Assembly: GCA_964016885.1 (NCBI GenBank)
Contig: OZ024752.1
Location: 32,798,001-32,862,000, forward strand
Length of the DNA: 64,000 bases
Direction: 5' to 3'
From: Eledone cirrhosa
Lineage: Eukaryota
The stretch's first letter is position 1. Each line of letters opens with the position of its first letter. Below, piece after piece: positions 1 to 11,700 of this stretch. The notes below the pieces were generated by a model. It worked only from the letters and a program-made list of their open reading frames with translations, searched no databases and was not told the origin of the DNA. A program made the position numbers and the translations under genes.

Positions 1-1450
1 TAAAGATAAATATATATCAAATATATAAGAACCCTAGAGCAAATATTTATTAAAATAACAGATTAAAGTTTAAGCAAAGAATCGCTGCTTTCACCCTTTC
101 ACCCTTAACGGGATCTTCCGAAACTATAAAAATCAACCTGTGAACGCAGAAGTAAATATTTTGAAAAACGTTGTAACTGAAGGAAGACAGGAAGACGATA
201 CTTTGGTTCCTGGAAACGTTCCCTGGCAAAGAACGGAAAAAAACGAAGATAATACGTTATTATTTGGAGCGGTGAAAACAATTACACGCAAAGATAAAAC
301 CACGTTAATGGTATAAATGAAGTCGTAGACTAAAATTCTATTTAGGAAACCGAATGATTCTCGGCTTCAGAGTTAAGAATAATGTAAATAAATTACAGAG
401 GTAATTGAAATCAACAAAAATTAAATATATACATGCACGCATCCATATACGTACATACACGTGCATACGTCAAAACACCCGCCATGGGTATGCAAATACA
501 AGCTCGTACACAAAAACACGCACGCACATACAGAACGCACGCAACGCCTGTACCCGCACACATACGAACGTATACACCAAATACACATAAAAATATATAT
601 AAAAATATATATAAAAATATATATATATGTGTGTGTGTGTGTGTGCGTGTATACATATAATTATATAAACGTATATAAATATACACACATAAATACGTAT
701 ATAACACACGCACACACATACCTACATGTAAATACACATATGTTCGCTAAACGTACGTCAACCAAAACACAAAGTACACATATACACACACGCTACATAT
801 GTACGAACCCGCATACTCACACAGACGCAAAACTCACGTATACACATAACCATTTATACATGTACCAGTATATATAATATAATATATACACCTATAACAA
901 ATACAAGCAAATATACGCACGAGAAAGTATCCGTACCTTCACAAAGCATACAGGTAATATATACTTACCTATACAAATAAGTAATGGTATAAACATAACA
1001 TATTCTTAGCTACCACATCAAGACGTAAAATATCCGCGTATAGTTCGTACTATCCGTTAGGGTATAATGTGGGGCTGTAATACAGGAAAGTTTTGTTCAA
1101 TTTATGTTTACAAGCCGAAATTGCCTCAGATTATTTGTTTAAGATGTGGTCTTTGGCGTAGAGTATTTCCAGGGCTTCAGCGGCGCAGAGGTCACATGGT
1201 CTTTTATTTCCGTTTTGCGTTCTAGCTGTAGCTAGGATTTCCCAGTGTAACTTATATTGGGTGTGGTTGTCTTTTAGATTCCAGATATAAGCTTAAAGTG
1301 ACGTCATATTCCTTCTTAAAGTGTTAAGAAAAGAATGGGAATGCATGTAAAGACGCTGCTTGAATCTATTGGCGGTTAACCCTATGTTGACCCTACATGA
1401 TGTGGGTGTATCAACCTTTTCTTTGCTTAAACTTTAATCTGTTATTTTAA
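1..1450 (-). mobile_element. Penelope-like retroelement, 5'-truncated 3' remnant (GIY-YIG end plus 3' UTR/pLTR)
   Basis: Contains the GIY-YIG remnant at 1081-1390. The sequence at 1-125 recurs in reverse complement at 1420-1450, 1540-1745 and 53524-53610, as expected for pLTR pieces. Confidence 0.75.
1081..1390 (-). pseudogene. Degenerate GIY-YIG endonuclease domain of a Penelope-like element
   Basis: Manual translation: NIGLTANRFKQRLYMHSHSFLNTLRRNMTSL*AYIWNLKDNHTQYKLHWEILATARTQNGNKRPCDLCAAEALEILYAKDHILNK*SEAISACKHKLNKTF. Matches the PLE pattern (Y)IG.T..FK.R..H / YIW.LK / C.LC..E / LN..SE....C.H, with two in-frame stops. Confidence 0.85.
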
Positions 1451-1453
1451 TAT

Positions 1454-1505
<52 letters not shown>

Positions 1506-1520
1506 TGTGTGCGCGTGTGT

Positions 1521-1745
1521 CCCTTAACGGGATCTTCTGAGTTTCAGAAGATCCCGTTAAGGGTGAAAGCAGCGATTCTTTGCTTAAACTTTAAACAATG
1601 AGAACGGGAAAAACAGGACGTGGGTGTATCAACCTTTTCTTTGCTTAAACTTTAATCTGTTCTTATAATAAATATTTGCTCTACGGGTTTATATATATTT
1701 TATATATAATCCGCATCGAGCCCTCTTCGGATTTTAGTCTTCCCC
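1521..1745 (+). mobile_element. Second Penelope-like pLTR fragment beginning with a 20-bp-arm hairpin
   Basis: Arms 1521-1540 and 1544-1563 are perfectly complementary. The downstream sequence is the reverse complement of 1-125. Confidence 0.7.
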
Positions 1746-1747
1746 CC

Positions 1748-1778
<31 letters not shown>

Positions 1779-3591
1779 ACACACACATATATGCTTTAAA
1801 TTCTTCCAATAAAGCGGAGGCTTGTTTCTAACTAAAAAATTGTACTTCAAATACAACACTGCCGTTTTAATAAAATACACGTTGGGTAGCGTAGTTCTGG
1901 ATACATTTAAAGTTAATATGGAATAATAATCTAGAATAACTTCAGGAAAATCTCATCATTTTCTTCTTGTGAAGTTGTGAATGATGACACTCATGAATAA
2001 AGATTTACCTCGGACATACAAAATGTTGTCATGTGTTGTCATGTCTTCTATATAATTAATATTCTGGCCGTGTCGTTACATTTTCTAAATAGTAAACTGT
2101 ATCAGTATTTTCTTATATCATTGCTGTCTTGAATAAAATTCAGCTACTTTTTTCTCAGACATAACATCTGTTTAAACTAAACATCACACAAATTCTTTCT
2201 CGCCATTCAGCCATGAAAGTAAGTCATCATGGCAACGAAACGATCTCTTAGAATAAATAATTTTGAAACTGCCATTTGCTATAAATAAATAAATAGATAT
2301 ATAAAAACTTCTTACATTTACATTATAATTCTTTCCGGCGTCAAAATGGAAAAATACAAAATTCGACAAGTAAGTATAAACGCCATGTACAGAGAATGTT
2401 GTAAAATTAATTAAATACTCTATACTATTGGGAATATCTTTACTGTTGTGTTTGTTCGAAAACTATACTTATATTCTCGAGGAAAAAATAAACAATCTCT
2501 CATGAATTGAATTTTCTCATTAACCATAATAACTCCACCCCCAATCATTTTTAAAATTACATTTACCTATATTGGTGTTAAATTTTTCTGCAAACTGCTT
2601 TGAACTATAACAAGAAAATTACTGTACGTGGGGGAAATACGATGAGAGAAACGAATTTTCGAACCGTAATTTGATTTAATATGGCTGTAACCTTTTAGAA
2701 TGCAGAAGATTCTTAAAATATAAGTTTCACTTATTATATGTTACTCAAATGTTTTTGAAGAAGGAATCACAGAAAATATGACAGACGAAACAGAAAAGTC
2801 GACAACCAGTAATTTCCACTATTTAGTACTTCTCATTAAGAAAATGGCAGCCGATAATATCTAAAATCAGCTGAGCAGATATGATAAGCTATAGGTGATT
2901 CTATCTGACTTCTTCTCCAAAACAATAACATGATTTTCGTGTCGAAGCAAATATAATTTATCAGATATCAATTGAGATTTTACATGAGATCAATGAATGG
3001 AAATTATCTGACGTCAATAAGTGCAGCGAAACTCTACGGTTTAACAAGCTGATCTTTTGGTTTTCTTCGATCAGAAGTAGACAAGTAGATTTATGAGGAT
3101 ACTTAACGAAATTTATAACGTTGTAAGTTGTAAGTATTTACGCTGTTTATTGAGGTTGGATTCTTGACTGTCGTTGTCTTCGTGACTTAAAACGTATTCG
3201 AGTGGCTTTTATCTGAATTCTTTTACAAGAAATGATGTATTGTTTCGATTGGTCCTGAAATATGACTGACTTTTAATAATAACAACAACAACAACAACAA
3301 TTACAACAACAACAACGTAATAATAGAATATTATCAGTGATATACATAGATAACGATTTCACAAAAGGATGTTGTTGAGATGATGGATACTTCAACAATT
3401 CAGAAATACAGTTTGAATTTGAAACAGAATTTCAACTTGATTAATAATTGTTTCAATTATTGATATCTTTATAGGTTATCAAACAGGTCAAATATTTTAT
3501 TTAGCGGTGAATATAAAATAGGAAAAAGTAAAATACAAAACAATTTCTATCTTTCATTTAAAATACTTTCCATCTTGTAAAAGGAATCACT

Positions 3592-3918
3592 GGGCGGTGA
3601 ATTGGCAGAGTCGTTAGAATGTCGGTAGAATGATTTGTTCTATTTGTTTCAGCTCTGTTCTTTGAGTTCAAATCCCACCGAAGTCAACTTTGTCCTTCAT
3701 CCATTCCAGGTCAATAAAAAAAAAAAAAATACCAGTCAAGTACTGGGGTCTATTCTTCCTCTATATCTCTTTTTCACTTCTCTCTCTCTCTCGATCGAAG
3801 AAATCTGCTGTATTCAGACCTGGAAAGTAGATGGGCTCTGCCTGCCTTAGAACTGCCGTATGCCACTACCCCGACCCTACCACTCCACCAGGAGTTACGG
3901 GACCAAACCAAACAAAAC
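3592..3918 (+). mobile_element. tRNA-derived SINE, family B (long tail ending ggaccaaaccaaac)
   Basis: A-box TGGCAGAGTCGTTAGA, B-box GAGTTCAAATCC, central domain shared with family A. Homologous to 29960-30665, 39055-39599 and 62230-62540. Confidence 0.85.
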
Positions 3919-4019
3919 TAGAATCTTTTTTTTTTCAGTTGTATTATGAAACGTTTCTTACAATGTCGGAAAAATGTAAGAATCAGACAGGAACTTTCTA
4001 CGAACCATTTTTCATTTCC

Positions 4020-4525
4020 TTTTCCCCACACCCCCACAACACCACAGTCCCACAACGCCGCCACCCCCAGCACAGTACCACAACACCACATCTCCACAGC
4101 TACACAGTTTCACAACCCCACAACTCCGCAGTACCACAACACCACAGCCCCACAACTCCACCCCATCCGTCCGAAACTCCCCCCTACCGCCCACAGCTCC
4201 ACCGTTCCAGACTCCTACAACTCCACACCCCCACAACTCCACAGTACCACAACTCCACAGCTCCCCCCAAAAACTCCACCCCCCAACTTCACAGCCCCCC
4301 ACACATCTCCCCCCATCCCCACCATCCCCCCGATCCACCATTCCACACCTAACCCCCCATACTCCCCCACGGCTCCACCATCCCCCCCACAACTCCCCCT
4401 CCCACAGCTCCACCATTTCACACCTCCACTCCCCCCACAACTCCACCCCCACAGCTCCACCGTTCCACAACTCCACCCCCCACAGATCCCCCCCCAGCTA
4501 CACAGCCCCCACCCTCCACAGCTCC
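4020..4525. repeat. Degenerate C-rich low-complexity repeat (ccaca(a/g)ctcc motifs)
   Basis: Recurring ccacagctcc/ccacaactcc words. Confidence 0.8.
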
Positions 4526-4819
4526 TTGTCTCAGAAAATCATTAACGGGTTCCTGAATAAAAAGAGTTTAAACACACAGGAATGGAACATATTAATAGTT
4601 TCCTTCTTAAAAATATTACAGAGAAATATTCCATAATAAATGGGGCCCCCCAGGACTCGGTTTTAATTTGGAAAAATAAAATAAAAATAACAATAATAAT
4701 AATAATGGAAGCAAATTTAATTAAATTTCAATCCATTAATCAACAAAAGATAGCATCTGTCGGCTAACGGATTATTTTATGTGCTTTTATTAAAATACTG
4801 TTGTATAACTAACATAGGG

Positions 4820-5520
4820 AACAACAACAAAAGAAGAGGGGAAAGACAATTAAATTAAGAGAAGGTTTACAACAACAGAAACAGCAACAACAGCAGCAGC
4901 AGCAGCAACAAAAACAGCAACGGAAACAGCAGCAGCAGCAGCAACAGCAGCAACGGAAACAGCAACAGCAACAACAACAACAACAGCAACGGAAACAGCA
5001 ACAGCAACAGTAGCAACAGCAGCAACAACAACAACAGCAGCAGCAACAATAGCAACAGCTACAAGGCGGCAACAGAAACAACAACAGCAGCAGCAACAGC
5101 AACAACAAAACAACAACAGAAACAACAACAACAACAGCAACAACAAAACAACAACAGAAACAACAGCAGCAGCAACAACAACAACAACAGCAACAACAAC
5201 AACATAAGCAGCAACAACAACAACAACACCAACAGTAACAACAACAGCAACAACAGCAACGGCAACAACAACAACAACAATAACAACAACAGCAACAACA
5301 ACAGAAGCAGCAACAAAAACAACAGCAACAACAGCAACAACAACAGCAGCAGCAGCAACAACAACAGTAACAACAACAGCAACAACAACAACAAAAGCAG
5401 CAGCAACAACAACAACAACAACAACAACAACAGAAGCAGCAACAACAGCAACAACAATAACAACAACAGCAACAACAACCGTTATTTTCTAGAAACAAAT
5501 ATAAAACAGCAGCAGCAGTA
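4820..5520. repeat. Compound (CAA/CAG)n microsatellite
   Basis: About 700 bp of caa/cag triplets, directly visible. Confidence 0.95.
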
Positions 5521-5530
5521 ATAATAATAG

Positions 5531-6058
5531 TTTCTACTTTTGACTCAAGGCCAGCAAATACCCAGTGTATTACTGGTACTTTATTTTATCGACCCCGTAG
5601 GGATGAAAGGCAAAGTTAACCTCGGCGGGATTTGGACTCAGACCGTAAAGGGACTTAACTCTATGCTGTAAAGCACGGCATCCGACCCCCTACTAATACT
5701 GCCAAATCCATGGTTTCTTATAAAGGCACAAGGCCAGCAATTCTGGGGGAGGGGAAAGTCGATTAAATCGACCCCAATACGTGACTGGTACTTTATTTTA
5801 TCGACCCCGTAAGGATGAAAGGCAAAGTTAACCTCGGCGGGATTTGAACTCAGACCGTAAAGGGACGTAACTCTATACTGTAAAGCACGGCATCCGACCC
5901 CCTACCAATACTGCCAAATCCATGGTTTCTTATAAAGGCACAAGGCCAGCAATTCTGGGGGAGGGGAAAGTCGATTAAATCGACCCCAATACGTGACTGG
6001 TACTTTATTTTATCGACCCCGTAAGGATGAAAGGCAAAGTTAACCTCGATGGGATTTA
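5531..6058 (-). mobile_element. Three tandem SINE family A copies (period about 211 bp)
   Basis: Copies at about 5531-5710, 5713-5921 and 5924-6058. The junction gccaaatccatggtttcttataaaggcacaagg occurs twice, identically. Confidence 0.9.
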
Positions 6059-6255
6059 ATGATATTTCTATTACAAGTTCAATTAATTTATTAATGTAGA
6101 ATTTCAATAACGTCATTGTTTTAAATTCTTCCCTTTTTAATAAAAAAAATTTTGATTTTGTTGTTGTTGTTGTTTCTCAACCGTAAGAAGTACCAGATAC
6201 TTCCTCTAGTCTGTCATGATTTACTAGCTCTATACGGACGTTTAAATTGATTATA

Positions 6256-6319
<64 letters not shown>

Positions 6320-6406
6320 AACGTGCTGCGAGGTTGCTAATGGGTTACATATGAATAAAGTTAGTCCTTCATCAGTGATCTTCCAACCATCATTGGTATT
6401 TCATAT

Positions 6407-6440
<34 letters not shown>

Positions 6441-7180
6441 TCCTACATTGAGATACTCGTATTAATTATATCAAGTATTATTTGAATATCAGAAAACATT
6501 TATATAACTCAAGCCTATTTATTAAAGATATATATATATATATATTGAGTGCGTGTGTATATGTATATGTATATGTATATATATATTATATATAGGTTAT
6601 ATCTGTATAAATAAGTGATATATGCATGTATATATGTATATATATATATATACAATATGTTGAAAGGGTAACACACTAGAGAGAGATAGAGAGTGTCTGC
6701 CATCAATAAAACAGGGTAAACCACCAGTGTATGGAATCTATAATCTATGGAAGGCAGGGCAGACACACAATAATTAAAAATATAAATTTAAAAAATGTAT
6801 ATACACACCTCTATAACTATATAACACACGCGTACAAATCCAAAGAGATCTGTTTCGCCAGGAAGTTGTTGACTGAAATGGAATAGCCTAATGTTCATCA
6901 GCGCGTGTAAGACAAATACATTTCAGACAACTCTAAGAAAATCTAAGACAACCGTCCAGCAACACGCGGCAGCGTGCGTAGGACAGTGAACCAGTGGTAT
7001 CTTAGGGTCGAGCTGCTAGAAAGGGCAGCCCCAAAACCACTCAAAGAGATGTGCTCAACCAAATAGAGAGAGAGGAAAGATTGTTATAAGGAGCGAAATA
7101 TCACGATAAATTAACGGAGCCATAGAACCTCAACATATTGTATTTTAAAGAGCTCAGGATTCCATTTCCTTTGAGCACAT

Positions 7181-7361
7181 AATTGTCTCTACTTTAGGCA
7201 CAAGGCCAGCAATCACCCAGTGCATTACTGGTACTTTATTTTATCGACCCCGTAAGGATGAAAGGCAAAGTCAACCACGGCGGGATTTGAACTCAGATCG
7301 TAAAGGGACGTAGCTATGCTGGAAAACATGGCGTCCGACCCTCTACTGATACTGCCAATCC
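7181..7361 (-). mobile_element. SINE family A
   Basis: Reverse complement of the ggattggcagtatc...gagttcaaatcc...ggggtcgataaaataaagtaccag...gtagaaacaatt consensus. Confidence 0.9.
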
Positions 7362-8254
7362 TTTACAGGGAATAACGAGGGTCTATGGCTCCGTTAATTT
7401 ATCGTGAGATATATATATATATATATATATTTATATATGCATAAATATATTTATGTAAAATAAACATGACATAAATAAAGTGCTAAATACATTGAAGGAG
7501 ATATCTTGTCATACCCCCCCCCCCCCGCCTCTCTCACTCTCTTCCGTAGCTGTTGATTAAACATAACCATTCTTATATATAACGATTGCTTATTTTAAGA
7601 TTCACCTCTTTTAAAATTTTCAAATGTCAATACTTCCGGTTATGATATAGCAGACGCTATATCATATCGCTTATATAAACGTTTATATATTTGCAGCGTT
7701 ATATCAGAACGTTTATATTTCCGTCGCTGATTTTCTCCTTTTTCGTTTTCATTACATTTCACCGTAATGCAGTTTATATATAATATCGTCTTTTTTAAAT
7801 ATATCATGGATTACTTTACTGATTACAAAAGACAGTATAACACAGTCTCTCTTCAATTTCTGTGCATATTCTCAATTGCAATTTTATTTGATGTATTATA
7901 TCTATATGCATATATATTTGCGTATAATATCAATATACACACTACACATGCTAGCAGAAAACCACCCGAAGGGTGGTTTTTCTGCTAGTATATGTATAAT
8001 TTATAATATACAAATTTATAATATACAAATTAAAATGTGAGCCGTTGCTATCACACCCGAACAGTATTTGAGAGAGCGGTAGAGAAAAGAAAAAGGTGAG
8101 AGAAGTTGTCATCGCCATTATTATAAGAAAATATTATTTAAATAATAATATAATTTACCCAATTCCCCGAAAGCAAATGGAACGTTAATCACTATTGGAA
8201 TAATTTAATGGAACACGCCATTTCTAGGGCACTTCGATAAATGTTAAGGATCTC

Positions 8255-8527
8255 TTCTACCCATTTCGCTTACCTTCTATCATATTCTTGTCTCTCTCTT
8301 TCTCTCTCTTTCCCCCTCTCTCTCTCCCCCATCTCTCTCTCTTTCTCCTTTCCCTTTCTCTCTTTTTCCTTTCTCTCTCTCTCTCTGTTCCTCTCCTTTC
8401 TCCCTCTTTCTCTCTCTTTCTCTCTCTTTCCCCTCTTTCTCTCCATTCCCCTCTTTCTCTCTACATTCTCCCTCTCTCACACTCACTCTCTCTCTCTCTT
8501 ACCCCTCTTTTTATCTCACTCTCCCCT

Positions 8528-8559
<32 letters not shown>

Positions 8560-8590
8560 TCCTTTCTCTCTCTTTCTCCCCCCTCCCCAC
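8255..8590. repeat. CT-rich polypyrimidine low-complexity tract
   Basis: Directly visible. Confidence 0.9.
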
Positions 8591-8744
8591 CAGTAAATCA
8601 TCTCCTCCCCTCCAATCACTTTTAAATAAATTGATTTGGTTCAAGAATTATATACAGAAAACTTTGATGATATCAAAGAACTGTTAAAGTTTTGTTTTTC
8701 TTCACCTTTCTCCCACCCTCGAGACATTCTTCCAAAATATAGAA

Positions 8745-11700
8745 TGGTATATATAGTATATGTTGGTATATATAGTGTATGTTGGTATATATAGTATATG
8801 TTGGTATATATAGTATATGTTGGTATATATAGTGTATATTGGTATATATATAGTGTCTGTTGGTATATATAGTATCTGTTGGTATATATAGTATATGTTG
8901 GTATATATAGTGTATGTTGGTATATATATAGTGTCTGTTGGTATATATAGTATCTGTTGGTATATATAGTATATGTTGGTATATAGAGTGTATGTTGGTA
9001 TATATATAGTATCTGTTGGTATATATAGTATATGTTGGTATATATAGTATATGTTGGTATATAAAGTGTATGTTGGTATATATAGTATCTGTTGGTATAT
9101 ATAGTTTCTGTTGGTATATATAGAACATATTGGTATATATAGTATACGTTGGTATATATATAGTGTATGTTGGTATATATAATATCTGTTGGTATATATA
9201 GTATATGTTGGTATATATAGTGTATATTGGTATATATATAGTGTCTGTTGGTATATATAGTATCTGTTGGTATATATAGTATATGTTGGTATATATAGTG
9301 TATGTTGGTATATATATAGTGTCTGTTGGTATATATAGTATCTGTTGGTATATATAGTATATGTTGGTATATAGAGTGTATGTTGGTATATATATAGTAT
9401 CTGTTGGTATATATAGTATATGTTGGTATATATAGTATATGTTGGTATATAAAGTGTATGTTGGTATATATAGTATCTGTTGGTATATATAGTTTCTGTT
9501 GGTATATATAGAACATATTGGTATATATAGTATACGTTGGTATATATATAGTGTATGTTGGTATATATAATATCTGTTGGTATATATAGTATCTGTTGGT
9601 ATATATAGTGTATGTTGGTATATATATAGTATCTGTTGGTATATATAGTATCTGTTGGTATATATAGTGTATGTTGGTATATATAGTATATGTTGGTATA
9701 TATAGTGTATGTTGGTATATATAGTATATGTTGGTATATATAGTGAATGTTGGTATATATAGTGTATGTTGGTATATATAGTATATGTTGGTATATATAG
9801 TATATGTTGGTATATATAGTATATGTTGGTATATATAGTGTATGTTGGTATATATAGTGTATGTTGGTATATATAGTATACGTTGGTATATTTAGTATAT
9901 GTTGGTATATTTAGTATATGTTGGTATATATAGTATATGTTGGTATATATAGTATCTATTTGTATATATAGTATATGTTGGTATATATAGTGTCTCTTGA
10001 TATATATAATGCCTGTTGGTATATATAATGTATGTTGGTATATATAGTGTATGTTGGTATATATAGTATATGTTGGTATATATAGTGTATGTTGGTATAT
10101 ATAGCATATGTTGGTATATATAGTATCTGTTGGTATATATAGTGCATGTTGGTATATATAGAATATGTTGGTATATATAGTATACGTTGGTATATATAGT
10201 GTATGTTGGTATATATATAGTATATGTTGGTATATATATAGTATATGTTGGTATATATAGTGTATGTTGGTATATATAGTGCATGTTGGTATATATAGTA
10301 TATGTTGGTATATATAGTATCTGTTGGTATATATAGTATATGTTGGTATATATAGTATCTGTTGGTATATATAGTATCTGTTGGTATATATAGTATCTGT
10401 TGGTATATATAGTATATGTTGGTATATATAGTATATACTGGTATATATAGTATCTGTTGGTATATATAGTATATGTTGGTATATATAGTGTCTGTTGGTA
10501 TATATAGTGTCTGTTGGTATATATAGTGTATGTTGGTATATATAGTATCTGTTGGTATATATAGTGTCTGTTGTTATATATAGTGTGTGTTGGTATATAT
10601 AGTGTATGTTGGTATATATAGTATATGTTGGTATATATAGTGTATGTTGGTATATATAGTATATGATGGTATATATAGTGTATGTTGGTATATATAGTAT
10701 ATGTTGGTATATATAGTATCTGTTGGTATATATAGTATATATTGGTACATATAGTGTATGTTGGTACATATAGTATATGTTGGTATATATAGTGTCTGTT
10801 GGTATATATAGTGTCTGTTGGTATATATAGTGTATGTTGGTATATATAGTGTCTGTTGGTATATATAGTGTATGTTGGTATATATAGTATATGTTGGTAT
10901 ATATAGTATATATTGCTATATATAGTGTATGTTGGTATATATAGTATATGTTGGTATATATAGTATATGTTGGTATATATAGTATATATTGGTATATATA
11001 GTATATGTTGGTATATATAGTATCTGTTGGTATATATAGTATATGTTGGTATATATAGTATATGTTGGTATATATAGTGTCTGTTGGTATATGTAGTATC
11101 TGTTGGTATATGTAGTATCTGTTGGTATATATAGTATCTGTTGGTATAAATAGTGTATGTTGGTATATATAGTGTATGTTGATATATATAGTATCTGTTG
11201 GTATATATAGTGTCTGTTGTTATATATAGTGTCTATTCGTATATATACTGTCTGTTGGTATATATAGTATATGTTGGTATATTTAGTGTATGTTGGTATA
11301 TATAGTATATGTTGGTATATATAGTGTCTGTTGATATATATAGTGTCTGTTGGTATATATAGTGTCTGTTGGTATATATAGTGTCTGTTGGTATATATAG
11401 TGTATGTTGGTATATATAGTATATGTTGGTATATATAGTATATGTTGGTATATATAGTATCTGTTGGTATATATAGTGTATGTTGGTATATATATAGTAC
11501 ATGTTGGTATATATAGTGTATGTTGGTATATATAGTACATGTTGGTATATATGGTGTATGTTGGTATATATAGTGTCTGTTGGTATATATAGTATATGTT
11601 GGTATATATAGTGTATGTTGGTATATATATAGTACATGTTGGTATATATAGTGTATGTTGGTATATATAGTATATGTTGGTATATATATATTGTATGTTG

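Noticed and set aside
3831-4545. Pro/His/Thr-rich extensin-like ORFs
   Set aside because: One starts inside a SINE tail, and both run through C-rich low-complexity sequence that is open in multiple frames.
4809-5498. Poly-Q or poly-C coding exon
   Set aside because: Microsatellite with in-frame TAA interruptions on the plus strand and no supporting unique coding flank.
6320-6380. CTGATGA on the minus strand near (TA)n
   Set aside because: No stem II/GAAA partner, so it cannot be called a hammerhead.
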